Source: an uncultured Planctomycetaceae bacterium
GTDB taxonomy: Bacteria; Planctomycetota; Planctomycetia; Pirellulales; PALSA-1355
Assembly: GCA_937952415.1 (NCBI GenBank)
Contig: CALFYT010000120.1
Coordinates: 5,026-69,025 of the forward strand
Direction: 5' to 3'
Length of the DNA stretch: 64,000 bases
A model generated the notes under the pieces. It saw only the letters and a program-made list of their open reading frames with translations. It searched no databases and was not told the origin of the DNA. How positions within the stretch are numbered: position 1 is the first letter of the stretch; each line of letters opens with the position of its first letter. Position numbers and translations under genes: made by a program. Shown here piece after piece: positions 59,419 to 64,000 of this stretch.

Positions 59419-60924
59419 TCAACGCCGGCCATCGTCACGATCACGATAGGTGCCCGGCAGTGGCGGCTGAGGCACGCGGCGGTTGTTGGCAAACTTGATC
59501 TGCCTCACGCCCGCGGGAGGCTCGTTGGCTTGAGCGATCCGTGCGTGGAGCTCCTTGGACAGCTTGGCAACGGTCGGCGCATGATCGGCCGAGTCGGCCA
59601 GATTGTGCATCTCGGCCGGGTCGGTCTCATGGTCGTACAGTTCGTTGCCGTCCGACCCGTTCTCTCCCCACTCTGTGTAGCGGTAGCGCGCGGTGCGGAG
59701 GCTGTAGCCCTGGTTGCATTGGCTAAAGGCCGAACTGCGCGGGCGGGCGGCCACGTCGTCAAGCGCCGGCACAAGGCTCACACCGGCGACGTGCTTGGGA
59801 GTCGACAACCCGGCCAATTCCGCCAGCGTGGGATAGAAGTCGACCATTTCGGCCAGCGCCTCGGTCGACTTCCCTCGCGCTGAGACACCCGGTCCGGCGA
59901 TTATCAGCGGGACGCGGGTCGCGTTCTCGAACAGGGTCATCTTCTGATAGTGCGTGTGCTCGCCCATATGGTATCCGTGGTCGGACGTGAACAACACGAT
60001 GGTGTTGTCGGCCAGGCCGGTTTCGTCGAGCTTGTCGAGGATGTGTCCGAGTTGTGCGTCGGCGAACGTGATCGACGCATAGTAGGCCTGGATCGCCTTC
60101 TTGGCTAACTCGGGCGACAAGTTGCGCTGGTCTTTTTTGCGAGTCATCATCGTTCGAGCCGGCGCTGGTAGTGTTTCGAGATAGCCAGGCGGCACAGTGG
60201 GCACCTGTATCTCGTCGCGCGGATACATGGCAAAGTATCGCTTTGGAGCGACGTACGGCGTGTGAGGCCGATAGAGCCCGACGGCCAGATAAAACCGTTG
60301 GTTGGTCTGCGCGTAGCGATCCAGCAGGCGCACGGCTTCGGCGGCGGCGATGCCGTCAGTTTGTTCTTCGTCGGTGCCATCAGCGGCCAGCCAACTGAGC
60401 GTGCCTCCGAAGCTGCCGGGAGTGAGGCTGAAGATATCGTCCTCGTCGTCCTTATCGCGGCCGCGCGGGTTGATTGTGTGATCCCACGAATAAGGATCGT
60501 CGTGGCCGCCCGTGCCGATGTGCTTGGGAACATTGTAGTGATAGATTTTCCCAACGCGGGTCGCGAAGTAGCCATTGCGGCGAAACAATTGCGACATGGT
60601 TTGCACGTTGGGCACGTGCTCGCGAATGTGGATCGCGTTGCGGCGGACCAACGTCTGGTCCGGATAAAGTCCGGCCATGAACGACGCGCGGCTCGGCCCG
60701 CAGAGCGGGTACTGGCAGTAGGCGTTGTGGAAACGAACGCCGCGGGGCGCGAGGCGGTCGATGTTGGGCGTCTTGACGAGCGGATGGCCATAGCAGCCCA
60801 AATCGCAGTTCAGGTCATCGCAGATCAAAAACAGAACATTGGGCTGCTGCGTTTCCTCGGCCCGCGCTACGGACGCGGCCAGAAGCATCACAACAAGGGC
60901 GAGAATCGTACATAGTTTGCTCAT
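59419..60924 (-). CDS. Cys-type sulfatase (arylsulfatase/iduronate-sulfatase-like)
   Basis: Signal peptide MSKLCTILALVVMLLAASVARA. PNVLFLICDDL, then CGPSRASFMAG (CxPxR FGly motif). Start set at 60924, not the ORF maximum 61239. Confidence 0.88.
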   Translation of the reverse strand: MSKLCTILALVVMLLAASVARAEETQQPNVLFLICDDLNCDLGCYGHPLVKTPNIDRLAPRGVRFHNAYCQYPLCGPSRASFMAGLYPDQTLVRRNAIHIREHVPNVQTMSQLFRRNGYFATRVGKIYHYNVPKHIGTGGHDDPYSWDHTINPRGRDKDDEDDIFSLTPGSFGGTLSWLAADGTDEEQTDGIAAAEAVRLLDRYAQTNQRFYLAVGLYRPHTPYVAPKRYFAMYPRDEIQVPTVPPGYLETLPAPARTMMTRKKDQRNLSPELAKKAIQAYYASITFADAQLGHILDKLDETGLADNTIVLFTSDHGYHMGEHTHYQKMTLFENATRVPLIIAGPGVSARGKSTEALAEMVDFYPTLAELAGLSTPKHVAGVSLVPALDDVAARPRSSAFSQCNQGYSLRTARYRYTEWGENGSDGNELYDHETDPAEMHNLADSADHAPTVAKLSKELHARIAQANEPPAGVRQIKFANNRRVPQPPLPGTYRDRDDGRR

Positions 60925-61130
60925 GAGGGGCTCCGCGTGACGGTGAGCGTCGCCGCGGCGGCGCGGCGGACAACGAACGGGACGCGTGCCATTAGAAAAC
61001 GCCGTGCAGCGCGAGTCAAAGCGCTGATACAGTGCGGCACTGTCCGTGCCATCGGCCGAGCAGCGGCCAGAGTAGCGCGGATAAGACAACGGTATCGTGC
61101 CGGCCGGCGATTGGGTGCGAACTCGTGCGG

Positions 61131-61610
61131 TCAGTCGACAACCGCGTCGAAATCGCCGGCAAGACGCAGCAAAACCTCGCGCGTTACTTGGAACGGCACT
61201 CGCTGCCGCTGGCTCTTCGCAGCGCGGGTGTAGCGGCACAGGCTCAGCTCGCCGGCGCGCGACACGAGCAGCTCGTAGTAGCTGGTGCGATCGGCATCTT
61301 TTTGCGGCGGGTTGGATCGCATTTGCACGGTGCAGCCTTCGGCATCGGTCTCGATGGGGCTGATCGGCTCGAGCAAGTAGGTAAGCCGGGCCGCTAGCGC
61401 TTCAGCTACGTTGGCAAGCCCCTCGGGCGCCATTGCCGACAGCGAATCAGCGCGAAGCACCAACTCGGTCAACGAACAGGCCAAGGGCTCCAGGGCGATC
61501 AGACGACATTCCAGTCGTTTCGGGCCGCTGGCAGCCGCGACGGTTTGGTCGCCGCTGGTAAACGTCCCGGCGTTTGCAAGGGCCTCCTTGAAGTTCGTGG
61601 AAAGGGTCAT
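61131..61610 (-). CDS. Hypothetical soluble protein, translationally coupled to spoVR
   Basis: 159 aa from MTLSTNFKEAL. The ATG overlaps the spoVR TGA (ATGA at 61607-61610). No family recognised. Confidence 0.55.
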   Translation of the reverse strand: MTLSTNFKEALANAGTFTSGDQTVAAASGPKRLECRLIALEPLACSLTELVLRADSLSAMAPEGLANVAEALAARLTYLLEPISPIETDAEGCTVQMRSNPPQKDADRTSYYELLVSRAGELSLCRYTRAAKSQRQRVPFQVTREVLLRLAGDFDAVVD

Positions 61611-63133
61611 GCGGTGGACTCCTCGCTCTTCTCGGTCTTGTGCTCGCTGCCGTCGAATGAAAGGGTCGCACTGGCGCCGTCGAGCACGGTTTCGATATGG
61701 ACCGGCCGGCCCCACAGTCGATGGACGTTGACCAGCGTGTCCAGCGCGTGGCTGACCTTGAGCTCGACGCCGCTGTACTGGTGTTCGAGGAACAGCTCGC
61801 CGCGGTTTTTGTAGTTGCCGTCGCGCACGGCGATGATCGGCCGGCCGACGTTGGTCAGGTTGAACAGCAGTTGCTGCTTAACCTGCGGAAACGCGCGGCT
61901 TTCGATCGCGTAGGCGTCGCTCGAAGGGTTGTAACCGAATTGGAACAACTTGTACTGGCGGCAAAAGTCGAGCGTGAGAAACTCGTCGATAAACGTCAAG
62001 TCGTTGTGGATCTTGCGGACTTCGAAGATCTTTTCGCGGCCCAGCCCGGCATTGGTGTTCCAGTCGCGCTTGGCGGCGAAGTCGTCGCAGTCGTCGTAGT
62101 CTTTGCCGAAACGACCTTTGTTCCAGCGGTCTTCGACGTCGCGGAACAACTCGATCCCCAGCTTGTAGGGATTCAGCTTGTCGGGCGAACTGGCCAGCGT
62201 GCCGGAATGGTGGTCGCAGTAATGGACCACGTCGGCCGCATCGAGACCCTGTCGCGTCATGATGGTCGAATGCCAGTAGCTGGCCCACCCCTCGTTCATG
62301 ATCTTGGTTTGGGCCTGCGGGGCAAAGTAGTACGCTTCGTCGCGGATGATCGACAGCACGTCGAGTTGCCACGGTTTCAGCGGCGCGTGCTCGAGCAAGA
62401 ACAGCATCACGTCGCGCACTGGCTCGTTGGGAAAGTGACTCTTGCTCTGCTGTGCTTCGTGGAGCCGCTGGGCTTCCTCCGCCAAATAGTGCGGCGGATT
62501 GATGAACGGCTCCATGTAATGCTTCGACTCAAAACGGCCCGGCTGAGGCGGTTCGTCGACGTGGTCTGGCGGATGGTCGAAGTCGTAGCGGCTCTTTTCG
62601 TCGAAGCGCTTGACGAACGGCGAATGAATATCGATCAGATCCTCGATGCTCAGGCAGGCATCGATGAACGTTTCGACCTCTTCCACGCCGAAGCGATCCA
62701 TGTATCGCCGGACCCGATTGCCGTGGTTGGCCATCTGGTCCATCATCTTGCGATTCGTCTGGCTGAACCAATAGTTGTTCTTGAAGAAGTCGCAATGGCC
62801 ATAGACGTGGGCCATGACCAATTTCTGGTCGACCAGCCCGTTCGAGCGCATCAGGTAGGCGTAGCACGGATCGTTGTTGATGACCAGCTCGTAGATCTTT
62901 TGCAGTCCGTAGGCGTAGCCCTTGGAGAGCTGTTCGTACTCCATCCCGAAGCGCCAGTGCGGATAGCGCGTGGGAAATCCACCGTACGCAGCGATTGCGT
63001 TGAGCTGGTCGGCGTCGACGAGTTCAAACACGGTGGGGAAGAAATCGAGCCCGTAGTCGCGCGCATGGCTTTCCATCTTGGCCTGAATTTCGGCCAAGTC
63101 GGCAGGCAGCGGGTCAAACGTCACGGTGGCCAT
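61607..63133 (-). CDS. SpoVR/YcgB family protein
   Basis: GLDFFPTVFE.VD...LN.IAAYGGFPTRYPHWRFGMEYE.L.KGY.YGL.KIYE.VIN, MNEGWASYWH. Start at MATVTF. Confidence 0.88.
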   Translation of the reverse strand: MATVTFDPLPADLAEIQAKMESHARDYGLDFFPTVFELVDADQLNAIAAYGGFPTRYPHWRFGMEYEQLSKGYAYGLQKIYELVINNDPCYAYLMRSNGLVDQKLVMAHVYGHCDFFKNNYWFSQTNRKMMDQMANHGNRVRRYMDRFGVEEVETFIDACLSIEDLIDIHSPFVKRFDEKSRYDFDHPPDHVDEPPQPGRFESKHYMEPFINPPHYLAEEAQRLHEAQQSKSHFPNEPVRDVMLFLLEHAPLKPWQLDVLSIIRDEAYYFAPQAQTKIMNEGWASYWHSTIMTRQGLDAADVVHYCDHHSGTLASSPDKLNPYKLGIELFRDVEDRWNKGRFGKDYDDCDDFAAKRDWNTNAGLGREKIFEVRKIHNDLTFIDEFLTLDFCRQYKLFQFGYNPSSDAYAIESRAFPQVKQQLLFNLTNVGRPIIAVRDGNYKNRGELFLEHQYSGVELKVSHALDTLVNVHRLWGRPVHIETVLDGASATLSFDGSEHKTEKSEESTA

Positions 63134-63201
63134 GGGAGCGTCGCTGGGGTTTGTCGTGTGGTATTTAGTTGCGCGGCGGTTCGGTCCGCCGCATTGCGGG
63201 A

Positions 63202-64000
63202 TCAGGCTCCGGTGCCCAGAAATCGTTTGAGACAGCCGTAGATGCCGTCTTTGTTCTCGATTTCGGCAACGACCAGCTTCGGGTGCGCCTCCTGAAACGC
63301 GCTCTCCAGCGAGCGAATGTACTCGCCGCTCCCGTAGGGACTCTCGACCTGGCCATAGCAGAACAGGTTCGCCTGCGGGACGAGCGTTTCGCGCAACAGT
63401 TCCAGACTTTTCTCGTTGTCCTCGCCCCAGTTGTCGCCGTCGGAAAACTGGAAGCAGTAGATGTTCCACTCGCTCGGCGGAAACTCACTTGCGATCAAGT
63501 CGGAGCAAACCTTGTACGCCGAGCTGATCCGCGTGCCGCCGCTTTCGCGCGTATGGTAGAACGTGTGCTCGTCCACTTGCTTGGCGGCCGCGTCGTGAAT
63601 GATGTAGCGCCGCTCGACGCCCTGGTACTGGCTGCTCAGCCAGGCGTCGAGCCAAAACGCGGCGGTACGCACAATCTCTTTTTGCTCATCGGTCATCGAA
63701 CCGGAAACGTCCATCAGATAGATGACCACGGCATTGGCTTGCGGGTCGGGTGTTTCCGTCCAGGAGCGATAGCGTTTGTCGTCACGAATCGGAACGACGC
63801 GCGGCCGGTCGGGCACATACGTGTTGCTCGAGATCTGGCGGCGCATCGCCTCCATGTAAGTCCGCTTGAAGTGCCGTAGCGATTCGGGGCCCGTCCGGCG
63901 AATGCTCGAATAGCGGGCCTTCTTCTGCTCGATGCGGTCCTTACCCTTGGGCTCGATGCGGGGCAGCTCCAGCTCGTCGCCCAGAATGGCGGCCAGTTCA
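63202..64000 (-). CDS. YeaH/DUF444 (UPF0229) protein, 5' end beyond window
   Basis: Frame open to the window end: [13 protein letters not shown]..., [11 protein letters not shown] (vWA-like MIDAS), FSDGDNW. Confidence 0.85.
   Translation of the reverse strand, partial: ELAAILGDELELPRIEPKGKDRIEQKKARYSSIRRTGPESLRHFKRTYMEAMRRQISSNTYVPDRPRVVPIRDDKRYRSWTETPDPQANAVVIYLMDVSGSMTDEQKEIVRTAAFWLDAWLSSQYQGVERRYIIHDAAAKQVDEHTFYHTRESGGTRISSAYKVCSDLIASEFPPSEWNIYCFQFSDGDNWGEDNEKSLELLRETLVPQANLFCYGQVESPYGSGEYIRSLESAFQEAHPKLVVAEIENKDGIYGCLKRFLGTGA

Noticed and set aside
61697-63241. 514-aa plus-strand ORF
   Set aside because: It is antisense to the SpoVR gene, whose product carries many family motifs. The antisense product has none.

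Overview
High-GC (about 62-67% in typical genes) bacterial chromosomal segment. It is almost certainly Planctomycetota, probably Pirellulales-like. The lineage inference rests on two DUF1559 proteins with prepilin-type N-termini, three PEP-CTERM-tailed secreted proteins, a Tat-signal Gfo/Idh/MocA oxidoreductase, a Cys-type sulfatase, and recurring QFSLRxLL membrane-anchor motifs. I call about 58 protein-coding genes and one tRNA-Cys(GCA). I saw no rRNA, CRISPR array, transposase or integrase.

Most of the window is housekeeping: rfbBA, ptsI, trmL, thiL-tsaE, hslVU, aat, dnaG-rpoD, greA, yggS, and the distal part of a prkA/yeaH/spoVR operon. This is interleaved with lineage-typical secreted and membrane proteins.

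The items most worth a second look are:
- an enolase-superfamily gene split by a single in-frame TAG (3629-3631);
- a one-base frameshift in an FGE-fold/PEP-CTERM gene (about 17129);
- a compact KS-DH-ACP-DH module with an oversized ACP (21870-24936);
- a mosaic tandem duplication of polytopic membrane-protein genes (49245-51159);
- a GraL-like promoter-terminator unit in the greA leader (48571-48641);
- an uncharacterised gene translationally coupled to spoVR (61131-61610);
- three AT-rich patches in a GC-rich background (8.1-9.7 kb, 39.8-42.4 kb, 49.3-51.2 kb).

All family names come from motif recognition by eye, not from database searches. Start codons were chosen by N-terminal motif, signal peptide and RBS logic, and are less certain than stop codons.
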